Shown here: piece by piece, positions 9,725 through 24,777 of the stretch
Layout: each line of letters opens with the position of its first letter
Position numbering within the stretch: position 1 is the stretch's first letter
Source: a bacterium
GTDB lineage: Bacteria; Zhuqueibacterota; Zhuqueibacteria; Zhuqueibacterales; Zhuqueibacteraceae
NCBI GenBank assembly: GCA_044869275.1
Contig: JBIOXB010000223.1
Location: 96,001 to 160,000, forward strand
Reading direction: 5' to 3'
Length of the DNA: 64,000 nt
The notes under the pieces: generated by a model
Databases searched by the model: none
Told to the model about the DNA's origin: nothing
The model's input: only the letters and a program-made list of their open reading frames with translations
Program-made: the position numbers and the translations under genes

Positions 9725-10292
9725 TTTAGTCTCTCCACAAAATGGAAATAGGTGCAAGCGCTTGCCTGCAGATCAATTTCAACCGATGGGATATGCCGAA
9801 TCAAAATTAAAAAGTCAACAAAAAAAAGCTGTGGCAGGCATTCATGCGCGCACATTTTTTGAACTCAGGCCTCATGAGAGATGAGTAGCACATTGCCAGT
9901 TGACTTTAGACAGAAGAGAGAGGTGGTAAGGTGATCTGAAAGGTTGGGAACTTTCGGGAAGGAAAGGCGTTCCCTTCACAGCAATCAAAATGACAATCGA
10001 AATCGGGGCTTAATATCGCACGTTGATTTTTACCGAATAATTCGAGTTTCTGCGGAGTCCGGCGGAGAATTTCTAAATACCATCATCAAGTAATCTACCC
10101 AATGCTGCATATTCTGGTCAAAAATCAGCCAGACTGATTCAGAATGGAATATTATTACACTGCTGCAACTTTTTTTTGAAGCAATTGATAAATAAATTCA
10201 GTAACTTAGTGTTGGCATGTGTTTTGTGGTACTTTTTATGTGATTCGAAACTTACAACTCCGTAGATTGTGGCAAGGAAGGAGGTGGCTGCG

Positions 10293-11318
10293 TTGCCAAA
10301 AAAAATATCGCTGAAATTGCCGCTGTTGTTCGGGCTGCTGTTGCTAGGAAGAGTACAAAGCCTGGCGCAACAAGAAAGTTTCAATCGCGGCTCTGAAGAA
10401 CGAAGTCCGGCCCAGATATTGGCCTATGCAGAAAGCGGCAAAGATCGAGACGGCGACGGCCTTAGTGACCAGGCCGAAAAGGAATTCGGCACCAACCCCA
10501 AATCTCCAGACACCGACCAGGACGGCTTGGTCGACACCGATGAAGTTTTGATCTATCACACCGACCCTCTCCAAGCTGACTCCGACTACGATAATCTTTC
10601 CGATCTCGATGAGATCATGAAATACTTGACGCAACCGCAGGAAGCTGACACCGATCAGGATGGCCTGGAAGACGGCACAGAGCTTTTCGCGCGCGGCACC
10701 AATCCCCTCAAAGCTGACTCGGATAACGATGGCCTGAGCGATGGCGAAGAATTGATGACGTATCATACTCATCCTCTCATTGCGGATTCAGATTCCGATG
10801 GCGTCAAAGACGGGATAGAGGTCGATCGCTTCGTTTCCAACCCGAACGAGCGCGACACGGACGGCGACGGTGTTGACGACGGCCGTGATAAATGCCCAAC
10901 CGAAGCCGCGAGCGCAAATAGCATGGGCACCACCGAGGGCTGCCCGGATTTTAAGCCGCAAATTTGGATGGAAGTCGATCAAGTGATCGTACTGGTGGGA
11001 GTGAATTTTCTCGCGGGCGAGGCCCGGCCCACGCCGCAGTCGGTGGAGGCGCTGGAGCGAGTTTACAACACGCTCATGGAAAACCCCGAGGTGTCTTTTG
11101 AGATTCAAGGCCATGCCGATGGCGCCGGCGATGTGAATACGAATCTGCGCCTGTCGCAGCGCCGCGCCCAAGCGGTTTTTGAGTATTTCACGCAGCGAGG
11201 GGTCGCGTCCGCACGATTGCGCGCCACAGGTTTTGGCGAAAGCTATCCTATCGCTTCGAATGATACGGCCGAAGGCCGCGCGAAAAACCGGCGTATTGAG
11301 CTGCACCGGTTGCAATAA
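10293..11318 (+). CDS. OmpA-family peptidoglycan-binding protein with tandem DxDxDG(L/V)xD Ca-binding repeats
   Basis: TTG after AAGGAGGT; about 7 D(T/S)DxDG repeats; IQGHAD, NLRLSQRRA and GRAKNRRIE motifs. Confidence 0.9.
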   Translation: MPKKISLKLPLLFGLLLLGRVQSLAQQESFNRGSEERSPAQILAYAESGKDRDGDGLSDQAEKEFGTNPKSPDTDQDGLVDTDEVLIYHTDPLQADSDYDNLSDLDEIMKYLTQPQEADTDQDGLEDGTELFARGTNPLKADSDNDGLSDGEELMTYHTHPLIADSDSDGVKDGIEVDRFVSNPNERDTDGDGVDDGRDKCPTEAASANSMGTTEGCPDFKPQIWMEVDQVIVLVGVNFLAGEARPTPQSVEALERVYNTLMENPEVSFEIQGHADGAGDVNTNLRLSQRRAQAVFEYFTQRGVASARLRATGFGESYPIASNDTAEGRAKNRRIELHRLQ

Positions 11319-11585
11319 AGTTCACATTACCTTTTCCCGCCCCATTTTCTGCTCAGCGCAAGCCAGGCGCTATTTTGTTTGGCAGAACGAGCATTACTCC
11401 CACCATTCGAATTTTTTCTCATCTCAGTTTTTTAAGGAAAGAATCTTGCTTTAGGGCGATCAATTCAGTCTTTCAATTATTTCGGATTTCAGTTCAAATA
11501 TTGATTTTCATCAAGATAGATTGAACTAGAGTAGGAGAATAATGTCAGTTGAACGGGGAGAAATAAAAATAAGTTTTAAAAAAGC

Positions 11586-11614
11586 TTGCTTTCGCGTACA
11601 CAATGTATTATATT
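11586..11614 (+). promoter_or_regulatory. rrn sigma70-type promoter
   Basis: TTGCTT-17 nt-TATATT preceded by an A-rich UP-like tract; boxA-like GAGTTCTTTGAAAA at ~11654. Confidence 0.75.
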
Positions 11615-11724
11615 TGCTTCTGCGCCTGACAAAAATCGGGCGATGGATTTCTAGAGTTCTTTGAAAAAATCAGAGCGTGCACGGCCCAAAAGTTGTGCAA
11701 AGTCAATGCCTTGAGTCAAACAAT

Positions 11725-13261
<1,537 letters not shown>

Positions 13262-13479
13262 GAGAGTCTCGCTCACTGGCTTCGGCTGGTGAATATTTAA
13301 GAGACTTTAACCCCACGACTTCGCGCAACCCAGGGAGTGTACGCTCTGTCTATAATTTTTGGTTTCAACGCAAGAGGGCAAAGCTGTTTGGGGCAAAACA
13401 ATTGACTTGATGTTTGATCGTTTTGGCCATGATGGTTTTGCCTTCTTGTTCATTGCTTCAATAATCTGCTGAAGTACGA

Positions 13480-13553
<74 letters not shown>

Positions 13554-13565
13554 CTGCGTTTTGAA

Positions 13566-13660
13566 AGGCAAAAAGAAAGCAGCAAAAAGAAAAAAGCAAA
13601 GAAAACCAAGAAGGTCTGAAAATAATTGCATTTTGCATTTTTCTCTTTGCTTTTTGTTTC
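13566..13660. repeat. A-rich/T-rich heptamer-periodic palindrome between the two tRNAs
   Basis: GCAAAAA/GAAAGCA units, then TTTTGCA/TTTTTCT/CTTTGCT units. Confidence 0.7.
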
Positions 13661-13665
13661 ACAAC

Positions 13666-13738
13666 GGGGCTGTAGCTCAGTTGGGAGAGCGTCGGTTTTG
13701 CAAGCCGAAGGTCGTCGGTTCGATCCCGATCAGCTCCA
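13666..13738 (+). tRNA. tRNA-Ala(TGC), CCA not encoded
   Basis: GGGGCTG/CAGCTCC acceptor stem, anticodon loop TTTGCAA, GGTTCGATCCC. Confidence 0.97.
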
Positions 13739-13745
13739 CTCTGAG

Positions 13746-13850
13746 TAGCAAAAAGAAAATAGCAAAAAGAAAATAGCAAAAAGAAAATAGAAAAAAGAAA
13801 ATAGAAAATCTGTTTGTGGTTTGTTTTTTGAATTTTGCTTTTTGTTTTAC
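13746..13850. repeat. 14-mer (2x7) tandem repeat TAGCAAAAAGAAAA with a T-rich counter-arm
   Basis: Three exact copies and one variant copy directly after tRNA-Ala. Confidence 0.85.
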
Positions 13851-13919
13851 AAGAGTTCTTTGACAATTGCGCTGTAAAAATCTCGAGCTAAATACTTTCT
13901 ACTGTGTAGGAAGATATTT

Positions 13920-16931
<3,012 letters not shown>

Positions 16932-17011
16932 AATTTTTTTTATCTACACAGTAGAAAGTATGCAGCTTGAGAAAGCTTTTACAGCGCAATTTTGTTCTTG
17001 TGAATAATAAA

Positions 17012-17129
17012 TTCCGGCGGCTATAGCGAAGGGGTTCCACCTCTTCCCATTCCGAACAGAGCCGTTAAGCCCTTCAGCGCCGATGGTACTGCCTTGGTAA
17101 CGAGGTGGGAGAGTAGGTCGTCGCCGGGA
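17012..17129 (+). rRNA. rrf: 5S rRNA
   Basis: TTCCGGCGG...CCCATTCCGAAC...GCCGATGGTACTG...GAGAGTAGGTCGTCGCCGGGA. Confidence 0.97.
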
Positions 17130-17138
17130 TCTAATTTT

Positions 17139-17173
17139 AAAGGCCATGTGCGTTAAGCATCATGGCCTTTTTT
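17139..17173 (+). terminator. rrn intrinsic terminator
   Basis: AAAGGCCATG...CATGGCCTTT followed by a T run. Confidence 0.85.
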
Positions 17174-17429
17174 GTTTTGATCAATTCTACGCCAGATTTT
17201 GTTTCTACGTTCGCTAATTTTGCTCACGAGAATAAGAGAATCTATGCCAAGCTAGAAAGGTATTCTTCAAACATCAAGGGAATAGGTTCGATGTTTCGTA
17301 TTTGAGTAACGCGTCGAAACTTTTCGACGAGTTTGTTGACCGCCGGATCAATGAGAATGAGCTTTTTACACTATCGCGCTCGTTGTTCAACGAGAGGTAT
17401 TTCTTTCGCTCCCGTCGCTGAATTCTATT

Positions 17430-17711
17430 TCAAATGGATTCCAAACCAATTTCGGAAGCTTGCTTGCAAAGCTTTCCATTTGCAACAAGATATTCAATAG
17501 ACAAATCCTCGTCAACAGCCGGCCAATGAATTCCCGCTTTGGGGCCAATCCACTCCCATTCTGTTAGCAGCGAAGAATCGATGAGCCGCAAACGCTCAGA
17601 AATATCGAGCAAAGAACAGCAATATATTTTTCCGTCTTCAAGGGTGATCTCCACAACTCGTGTCCTCGGGTCTACTTTGGCGGCAGCAGCACATAAAAAG
17701 GGACTATTCAT
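17430..17711 (-). CDS. DUF2442 family protein (putative antitoxin)
   Basis: ITLEDG...ERL...GIHWPAVDEDLSIEYL motif; ATGA overlap with the upstream gene. Confidence 0.85.
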   Translation of the reverse strand: MNSPFLCAAAAKVDPRTRVVEITLEDGKIYCCSLLDISERLRLIDSSLLTEWEWIGPKAGIHWPAVDEDLSIEYLVANGKLCKQASEIGLESI

Positions 17712-17950
17712 GATTGTTCTCCACAAAATTTATGCCAACGCATGCTGATGTAAGCTTGATTGTCGGCAACAATTTTTAGAATTCTGTGTTCCTCGTGTTG
17801 TCGAAAACCAACTGATTTTGCAATTTTCAGACTTTCGATCCATATTTTCGCGAGCCCGTTTCCGCGTGTAACATGGATATGCATCGGCTCTTCGCAATCT
17901 TTGGGATAGAAGAAAAAACGAAACCCCTCAGCTCTTAAAACTGTCGGCAT
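17708..17950 (-). CDS. DUF4160 family protein (putative toxin)
   Basis: MPTVLRAEGFRFFFY...EPMHIHV...AKIWI motif. Confidence 0.9.
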   Translation of the reverse strand: MPTVLRAEGFRFFFYPKDCEEPMHIHVTRGNGLAKIWIESLKIAKSVGFRQHEEHRILKIVADNQAYISMRWHKFCGEQS

Positions 17951-18437
17951 ATACCAACCCCCCCTCTTAAAAAATAAAACCCTTTCGAACTTTAGGATGG
18001 TGATCTCTTATGTCAATCGAACTGACAGAAAGGTACACTGTTCTAACAAAAATAACAACAACGATGTTCCTGCGTAATTTGCACCATTCTTCATGAGATT
18101 TAATGCGTTTTCTGCGTCTGGGATTTTTTCAAGCTGAATCGCAGTATTGGGTAAAGGCTCTGGAAAACTATACACGCCAGGCGCATCTTTGAGCGCGAAG
18201 AATGTCTCGCCGCAAACCCGGTTAGCATTTACTGTAAAGCAAATTGACACATCTTTTTACTTATTCAAGCACTAAAGGTCGATTTCAAGATCATTGAGTT
18301 GCAATAACGACCGATCTACAGTTTCTGCCATTCCGTTCTTGTGGGAAATCGCAAAAAAGAACACATATGGACGCAATCGCGCGTGCACAATTTGGACTTA
18401 TAGCATGAATGAATGATCTTGACAAATTAAATCCACC

Positions 18438-18452
18438 TGGCATGCGAGTTGC
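18438..18452 (+). promoter_or_regulatory. Sigma54 -24/-12 promoter
   Basis: TGGCATGCGAGTTGC (GG-N10-GC), ~125 nt upstream of the 18579 start. Confidence 0.65.
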
Positions 18453-18477
18453 GTAAAGCAAAGATAAAAATGTTTGT

Positions 18478-18555
18478 GGTAAATGGATTGAGCGGATTGA
18501 ACAGATATCTTTGGCAAAGAACTGTTATCTGTTCAATCCGTTGAATCCGTTTACC
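18478..18555. repeat. Nonamer-periodic palindrome in the 5' UTR
   Basis: GGTAAATGGATTGAGCGGATTGAACAGATA ... TATCTGTTCAATCCGTTGAATCCGTTTACC. Confidence 0.85.
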
Positions 18556-18578
18556 TCTTCAATAGAAAGGATGGAGCC

Positions 18579-21572
18579 ATGTTGGGAAAATCACATACTG
18601 TTTTCCGGTACGCATTTGCGCTGACACTCTTCATGATAAGCGCAAATGGGGCCCTGGCGCAGCCCGGTTATCAATTCGGCCAAAACAAGGTACAGCACAA
18701 AAACTTTGATTGGAAAGTGCTGCGCACCGGGCATTTCGAGGTGCATTATTACGGTGAAGCCGCGGAAACCGCGGTCGATGCTGCGCGCATGGCCGAGCGC
18801 GGTTATGCGTACTTGAGCGAAACACTTGATCATCATATCAAGAGCAGAATTCCTTTGATTCTCTATGCTTCGCTGAATGATTTTCAACAAACCAATGTTA
18901 TCGATGGCCTGCTCGACGACGGCACGCGGGGCGTCACCGAGTCGCTCAAGAATCGCGTGGTGTTGCCCATCACCGGCTCGTATCGCGAGCTCAATCACGT
19001 GTTGGTGCACGAACTGGTGCACGCGTTCCAGTTCGACATTATCAAAACTCACGACAAAAGCAGCGTGGGAGGGTTCAATCCACCCCTGTGGTTTGTGGAA
19101 GGCATGGCCGAATATCTTTCCGTCGGCATGGACAATATCACGCGCATGTGGGTGCGCGACGGCTTGCTGAATGACAAGCTGCTCACGGTCGACGAGCTCA
19201 ATGGCGCATTCGACATTCGTGTGTATCGCCTGGGTGAATCGCTGTGGCATTACGTGGGCGAAAAGCACGGCAAAAAGAAAGTCGGCCTAATCTTGAAAAA
19301 TGCCGTCACCTTCGGCGATCTCGAGGGCGCGTTCAAAGAGAACCTGGGCATGAATTTCAAACAACTGACCACGGCCTGGCACGCTGCGGTGCGCGCGCAA
19401 GTTTTGCCGCAGGAGCAAAATGCCTTTCCCAAACCGGAAGACGTCGCGCAGCGGCTTTCCCAGCAAGCTGGTTATTTCCATCGTTTGAATCTGGTGCCTG
19501 CGGTCAGCCCCGACGGCAGGCATATCGCCTACGTCGCCAACAAAAACCTGGTCGAAGACATCTATTTGCTCTCGCAGCGCCCGGACGGCAAATGGGAAGA
19601 TCGCCAATTGGTGAAGGGCGGACAAAGCCGTGATTTCGAATCGCTGCGCTTTTTCGACACCACCATCAACTGGTCTCGCGACGGCAAACGTCTGGCTTTT
19701 ATATCGAAATCCGGCAAAGACGACGCGCTGTTTGTGATGGATCCGTTCAACCATCGCATCATCCACAAGCTGGTATTTGCGGAATTGAATGGCTTGACCT
19801 CACCGAGCTTCTCGCCGGATGGAGATATGCTGGTATTCGCCGGCATGCGCGGCGGGCGCTCAGATTTGTACACGGTCAACCTGAGTGAAACCAAATTGCA
19901 GCGCCTGACGCAGGACCGTTTTGCGGAGTTGCAGCCACAATGGTCGCCCGATGGGAAGTCGATTTTGTTCGTCACCGATCGCGGCGAAGGCACGAACGAA
20001 GAAAAGTTGCTGTTTGGCGATTGGGACTTGGGGCGGTATTCGCTGGCCACGGGCGAGATCACCTTGCTCACGCATCTCAACGGCGATGCCATCAACCCGC
20101 AGTGGTCTCCCGATGGCAGCGAGATCGCCTTTATCTCCAATCATCAAGGGGTCGCCAATATCTATCGCTTGAATATCGCCAGCGGAATCATTACGCCCAT
20201 GACGCGGCTGCAAACGGGCGTCACCGGCATCACCGAAACCACGCCCGCGATGAGCTGGTCCGCCAACGGCCACACGCTGGTCTTCTCGACGTTTTGGAAA
20301 GGCGGCTGGCAGCTTTATCGCATGGAGGTGCCAGAAGCACTGCCGTTAACGACATTCAACTTGAGCCCCGGTCTCGATGAAATCATCTTCACGCATCGCG
20401 CTTCCGACTCCTCCCTGGTGAGCACGATCATCGCATCAGATTCTGCGTGGCTGCCCTCCGTCCCCGACCCGAACGTCCTATTTGCCGGTTATGCTCTGAC
20501 AGATACCGGGGCCATCGAATCGCGGAATTACAGCAGTTTTCCCAAATTTACCGCAGCTTCCGTTGGCGCCAGCTTTGGCGGCGGATATTTCGGCAACGTC
20601 GGCGGTGCGCAGTTTCTGTTTAGCGACATGCTCAACCATCACAATTTGATTTTTTCGGCCAATCTGCGCCGCAGCATCAGCAACACCGACGTGGGCCTGG
20701 TTTATTTGAACCAGAGCCGGCGCATCCATTGGGGCGTGGAGACGTATCAAATCAAGAACCAGTTCGGCGCTTTCGCGACTTTTGACGCGGCGGGATTTGT
20801 GAACCAAACGTATCGGAGCCTGAGCGGGTTCGTGTTCTTCCCGTTCAGCAAGTTTTCAAGATTGGAAGTGAGCGCGGGTGCCACTTTCGTGAGCCAGAAT
20901 CTATTCGTTGACCGTATTGATTATGACCGCGGCGAGCTCGTGCGTGAAAAGCAGAAACTCGAAGGCGCCACGTTCGCACAGTACGGCGCGGCGTTGGTCT
21001 TTGACAACACTGTCAATGGCCCTCTCGGCCCGATGCGCGGCAAGCGCAGCCGGCTGGAAGTGCAGCGCACGACCAATGATTTCAAGTTCACCACGGCGGT
21101 GCTGGATTACCGCCGCTATTACAATGTCAAGCAACGTTCGGTTTTGGCGTGGCGCGTTTTGGGCGGCGCGAGCTTCGAGCGTGATGCGCAGGTTTTTCAA
21201 ATCGGCGGGCCATATACTTTTCGCGGCTCCGATTACGGCCAGGTGGTGGGCACGCGTTTTCTCGTGACGAGCCTCGAATATCGCTTTCCATTGCTGCCTT
21301 TCCTGCCGCCTTCGGCGGACTTGTTGAGCGCGGTGGCTTTTGCCGACGCGGCTTCCGGCTGGGGTTTGAATGTGCCGGGATTGGTGAAGGAAAGTTTTCA
21401 GCCTTTCTCGACGCAGGGCGGGTTTCACCTGCAGGATTTGCGCGGCGCCGTCGGGGTGGGCGCGCGTTTGAATCTCGGGTTGTTGCAGTTCAAATACGAT
21501 GTCGCCTGGCCGACGGATGCGAGAGACTTTGGCAAGCCGATGCGTTTGTTTTCGATCGGCACTGATTTCTGA
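18579..21572 (+). CDS. Omp85/BamA-TamA family barrel with N-terminal HExxH metallopeptidase and PD40/TolB-like propeller
   Basis: FGQNKVQ, HELVH...WFVEGMAEY, repeated P.(W/F)SPDG, FRG motif, C-terminal FSIGTDF. Confidence 0.9.
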   Translation: MLGKSHTVFRYAFALTLFMISANGALAQPGYQFGQNKVQHKNFDWKVLRTGHFEVHYYGEAAETAVDAARMAERGYAYLSETLDHHIKSRIPLILYASLNDFQQTNVIDGLLDDGTRGVTESLKNRVVLPITGSYRELNHVLVHELVHAFQFDIIKTHDKSSVGGFNPPLWFVEGMAEYLSVGMDNITRMWVRDGLLNDKLLTVDELNGAFDIRVYRLGESLWHYVGEKHGKKKVGLILKNAVTFGDLEGAFKENLGMNFKQLTTAWHAAVRAQVLPQEQNAFPKPEDVAQRLSQQAGYFHRLNLVPAVSPDGRHIAYVANKNLVEDIYLLSQRPDGKWEDRQLVKGGQSRDFESLRFFDTTINWSRDGKRLAFISKSGKDDALFVMDPFNHRIIHKLVFAELNGLTSPSFSPDGDMLVFAGMRGGRSDLYTVNLSETKLQRLTQDRFAELQPQWSPDGKSILFVTDRGEGTNEEKLLFGDWDLGRYSLATGEITLLTHLNGDAINPQWSPDGSEIAFISNHQGVANIYRLNIASGIITPMTRLQTGVTGITETTPAMSWSANGHTLVFSTFWKGGWQLYRMEVPEALPLTTFNLSPGLDEIIFTHRASDSSLVSTIIASDSAWLPSVPDPNVLFAGYALTDTGAIESRNYSSFPKFTAASVGASFGGGYFGNVGGAQFLFSDMLNHHNLIFSANLRRSISNTDVGLVYLNQSRRIHWGVETYQIKNQFGAFATFDAAGFVNQTYRSLSGFVFFPFSKFSRLEVSAGATFVSQNLFVDRIDYDRGELVREKQKLEGATFAQYGAALVFDNTVNGPLGPMRGKRSRLEVQRTTNDFKFTTAVLDYRRYYNVKQRSVLAWRVLGGASFERDAQVFQIGGPYTFRGSDYGQVVGTRFLVTSLEYRFPLLPFLPPSADLLSAVAFADAASGWGLNVPGLVKESFQPFSTQGGFHLQDLRGAVGVGARLNLGLLQFKYDVAWPTDARDFGKPMRLFSIGTDF

Positions 21573-21611
21573 GTCTCACCTCCCCGTAAAATACAGAGCA
21601 AGTTTTTCGCG

Positions 21612-21675
21612 CACGGAAATCGAACACCTACGGAATTGAAGTCAAGAAATGCTTCCGTGGGAGTGCATTTCCGTG
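21612..21675. repeat. REP-like palindrome
   Basis: CACGGAAAT...CGGAA / TTCCG...ATTTCCGTG. Confidence 0.6.
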
Positions 21676-21718
21676 AGCTCGGCTTTCAGATTTAATTTAA
21701 GGTAGATGAGCTAATCGC

Positions 21719-21764
21719 ACAAAAGCGCAGCAGGATCAAGAATGACCCTGCTGCGCTTTTTTGT
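21719..21764. terminator. Intrinsic (possibly bidirectional) terminator
   Basis: AAAAGCGCAGCAGG-loop-CCTGCTGCGCTTTTTT. Confidence 0.75.
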
Positions 21765-21852
21765 TCTTGCAGCAGTGAAGAGCTTTCACTAACTTCGGAC
21801 GCATCGTTGTGTTAGACGGGGGCAAAATAAAATTTCTCATGAGACCAGAACA

Positions 21853-24750
21853 ATGATCGGCCGAACGATCTCTCATTACAAAATCATCGAAAAGCTCGGC
21901 GGCGGCGGAATGGGTGTGGTCTATAAAGCTGAAGATACCAAACTCAAGCGTCTGGTTGCTCTCAAGTTCCTGCCCCTGGATTTGGTCCGCGACGATGATG
22001 CCAAAGAGCGCTTCGTACATGAGGCGCAGGCGGCCTCAGCTCTGGATCATCCCAACATTTGCACCGTCCACGAAATCGCCGAGGCCGACGACGGCCAACT
22101 ATTTATTTGCATGGCGCATTATGAAGGCGAAACCCTGAAAAAGAAAATCGAGTCCCATTTGGTGGGACTGCCGGTTGAACAGGTAATTGACTATGCAGCG
22201 CAAACAGCGCAGGGTTTGGCCAAAGCACACAGTAAAGCGATCGTTCATCGGGACATCAAACCGGCGAACCTCATGGTGACGGACGAAGGCGTCGTCAAGA
22301 TTGTCGATTTCGGACTGGCAAAACTGGCCGGAAGGACAAAGATCACCAGGAGTGGAACCACCCTGGGGACAGTCGCCTACATGTCACCCGAGCAAGCACA
22401 GGGCACGGACGTTGATCATCGCACTGATATTTGGTCATTGGGCGTCGTGCTCTATGAGATGTTGACTGGTCAACTGCCGTTCAAAGGAGAGTACGAGCAC
22501 GCTGTCATCTACGGCATCGTGAATCTCGATCCCGCACCGATAACAAAATTCCGTTCCGATGCACCATCGGAATTGGAGCTTATTGTAAAGAAGGCTCTGG
22601 CCAAGAAACTCGATGATCGCTATCAATCTGCCGCTGATTTATTGCTCGATTTGCGCAAGTTGCAGCGCGCTTCGAATGGGAAGCGTGTTGTCCCAGAAAT
22701 TCATTCAAAGAGAACAAAAGGCCAGCGCTCGTTGTTCGTGGCCTCTGCCATTGCTCTAGGGCTCTGCGCGCTGGCAATCGCCTCGTATTTGCTTTTAGGA
22801 AGGGAGGCCAAGAGCAATGATCGTATTCCCATAGCGGTGGTGGATTTCATCAATCAAACGGGTGAAAAAGAGCTGGATGGCCTTTCCGGCATGTTGATCA
22901 CCGCGCTGGAACAATCTCGGCGGCTTTCGGTCATGACGCGGCCGCGCATGCTAGACATTCTCAAGCAACTAGGAAAAAAAGATATCGATCGCATCGATGA
23001 AACCCTGGCGCGGGAAATTTGCAGCTATGCCAAAGTCTCTGCCCTGGCTATCCCAACCATCCAAAAGTTTGATGACCGCTACGTAGTGGATTTGAAAGTC
23101 GTGGATCCTCTGCAAGAAGTTTATCTTTTTGCTGAAAAAGTCGATGACACGGGGCGAGCGCAGCTCCCGGATTTGATCGACAAACTTGCCGAGAAAACCA
23201 GAACCGGCTTACGAGTGCAAACCACTAATGAAACAAAGATGCGGCCGGTTGCCGATTTGACCACAACCAATATGGAAGCATACGCACATTATTTTCGAGG
23301 CGAGCAGCTTATCAGCAAATTTGAATTTGTGCCTGCGCGCGCCGAGTTTAAGAAAGCCATTGGCTTGGACTCCGCCTTTGCTTTGGCTTATTATCAACTG
23401 GCGTATTGTTACGCTTGGCATTTCGTCACGGACAGCGCCAAAGCGCCTATGCAAAAGGCTTTGCAATATGTTGACAAAGCACCCGAAAAAGAGCAGCATT
23501 TGATTCGCGCGCTGGCAGCAGAGATCGACGGCAACAGTGATAAAGTCATTGCACTTTCACGAGAACTGGTAGATCGTTTTCCCAATGAGAAATCGGTGCT
23601 CTTTCGCATGGGGGATACCTACTGGCACTTCACCTCTGAGATTGAAACGGCGCGCCAATATTTTGAAAAAGTCGTGGCTTTGGATCCGTTTTTCGACCCT
23701 GCTTGGGTGCACATATATGATATTTACGAATTTGCCGAGCAGTATGACAGGCTATTGCCGTTAAGCAAACAGCACTATGAAAAAACACATTTTTATGGTC
23801 AATGGACATTATTTTTCGAACTTAGAGGTTACTGGCGGTTGGGAGAATTCCTCAAAGCGCGAGATACGATCAAAAAGCATAAAGAGCTATATCCTAATGA
23901 GGCAAGTTTTGTCGCAGATTTGTATGATACGTATGTACTTGAAAATGACTACCAAAAAGCAGAAGCCGAAGCGCAGCGACTGCTCGTTGCCTCGCAGCAG
24001 CAGCAAGGGTATTTGCTTATAGGCTATCTCTATCCCTATTGGGGCAAATACCGAGAAGCCTTACAAGCATGCAATATGGCGATTTCGCAAGATTTAAAGG
24101 CAGGCAGAATCGCTTCAGCTACGAGGAAGCGCGCCGTTAATGCATTTATGCTCGTTGCAGGTTGCGGCGACAAAGACAAAGCGAGAACTGAAGTTCAGGA
24201 AGTACTAAAAAATGGTTCTGCCATGGAAATGTTTGCTTCTATGCATCTTCTCATTACTTATGTGATGCTGGGTGAATATGATGCGGCTCGTTCTCTCGCT
24301 AAAACGCATGGCTCATCGGGCAGGAGTTTGGAGTGGCGACTACGCTTTGTGGATGCATACGAACATATTTCCAAGCAGGAATACAGTGAAGCTATTGAAG
24401 ATTTCGAAGCTACGACTTCGAGCTTACGATTTGATGGCTTGTTCAAAAAATACCTGCAAGCGGAATGTCATTTTGCCGCGGGACAATATGATCAGGCCAT
24501 TGCCACCCTGCAAAAAGTCCTCGGTCGACACGAGAACACCTATTGTTTCCGCGCGGTTGCCTATCCCAAAGCGCTTCTTCTTCTCGGAAAAACTCATGAG
24601 CAAAGGAGAGAGCCCCACCTTGCTATCGAGAACTACGAAAAGCTTTTGAAGATGTGGAAGGATGCCGATGAAGATTTGCCTGATCTAATCGATGCCAAAG
24701 CACGGCTGGCGAGGTTGAAAACGAATTTACCTCTTGAAATTCATCATTGA
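21853..24750 (+). CDS. Hanks-type Ser/Thr protein kinase with TM segment, TolB_N-like domain and TPR repeats
   Basis: LGGGGMGVVY, VALK, HRDIKPAN, DFG and YMSPEQ motifs; TM; helical repeats. Confidence 0.95.
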   Translation: MIGRTISHYKIIEKLGGGGMGVVYKAEDTKLKRLVALKFLPLDLVRDDDAKERFVHEAQAASALDHPNICTVHEIAEADDGQLFICMAHYEGETLKKKIESHLVGLPVEQVIDYAAQTAQGLAKAHSKAIVHRDIKPANLMVTDEGVVKIVDFGLAKLAGRTKITRSGTTLGTVAYMSPEQAQGTDVDHRTDIWSLGVVLYEMLTGQLPFKGEYEHAVIYGIVNLDPAPITKFRSDAPSELELIVKKALAKKLDDRYQSAADLLLDLRKLQRASNGKRVVPEIHSKRTKGQRSLFVASAIALGLCALAIASYLLLGREAKSNDRIPIAVVDFINQTGEKELDGLSGMLITALEQSRRLSVMTRPRMLDILKQLGKKDIDRIDETLAREICSYAKVSALAIPTIQKFDDRYVVDLKVVDPLQEVYLFAEKVDDTGRAQLPDLIDKLAEKTRTGLRVQTTNETKMRPVADLTTTNMEAYAHYFRGEQLISKFEFVPARAEFKKAIGLDSAFALAYYQLAYCYAWHFVTDSAKAPMQKALQYVDKAPEKEQHLIRALAAEIDGNSDKVIALSRELVDRFPNEKSVLFRMGDTYWHFTSEIETARQYFEKVVALDPFFDPAWVHIYDIYEFAEQYDRLLPLSKQHYEKTHFYGQWTLFFELRGYWRLGEFLKARDTIKKHKELYPNEASFVADLYDTYVLENDYQKAEAEAQRLLVASQQQQGYLLIGYLYPYWGKYREALQACNMAISQDLKAGRIASATRKRAVNAFMLVAGCGDKDKARTEVQEVLKNGSAMEMFASMHLLITYVMLGEYDAARSLAKTHGSSGRSLEWRLRFVDAYEHISKQEYSEAIEDFEATTSSLRFDGLFKKYLQAECHFAAGQYDQAIATLQKVLGRHENTYCFRAVAYPKALLLLGKTHEQRREPHLAIENYEKLLKMWKDADEDLPDLIDAKARLARLKTNLPLEIHH

Positions 24751-24777
24751 TAAGAGCGGGACGACAGGCATTTTTCA

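Noticed and set aside
17180..17425. ncRNA or small gene downstream of 5S
   Set aside because: No recognisable structure or start/RBS; at most an unassignable remnant.
18008..18331. 80-aa ORF with an upstream in-frame extension broken by two stops
   Set aside because: Possibly a decayed gene, but I cannot assign a family with confidence.
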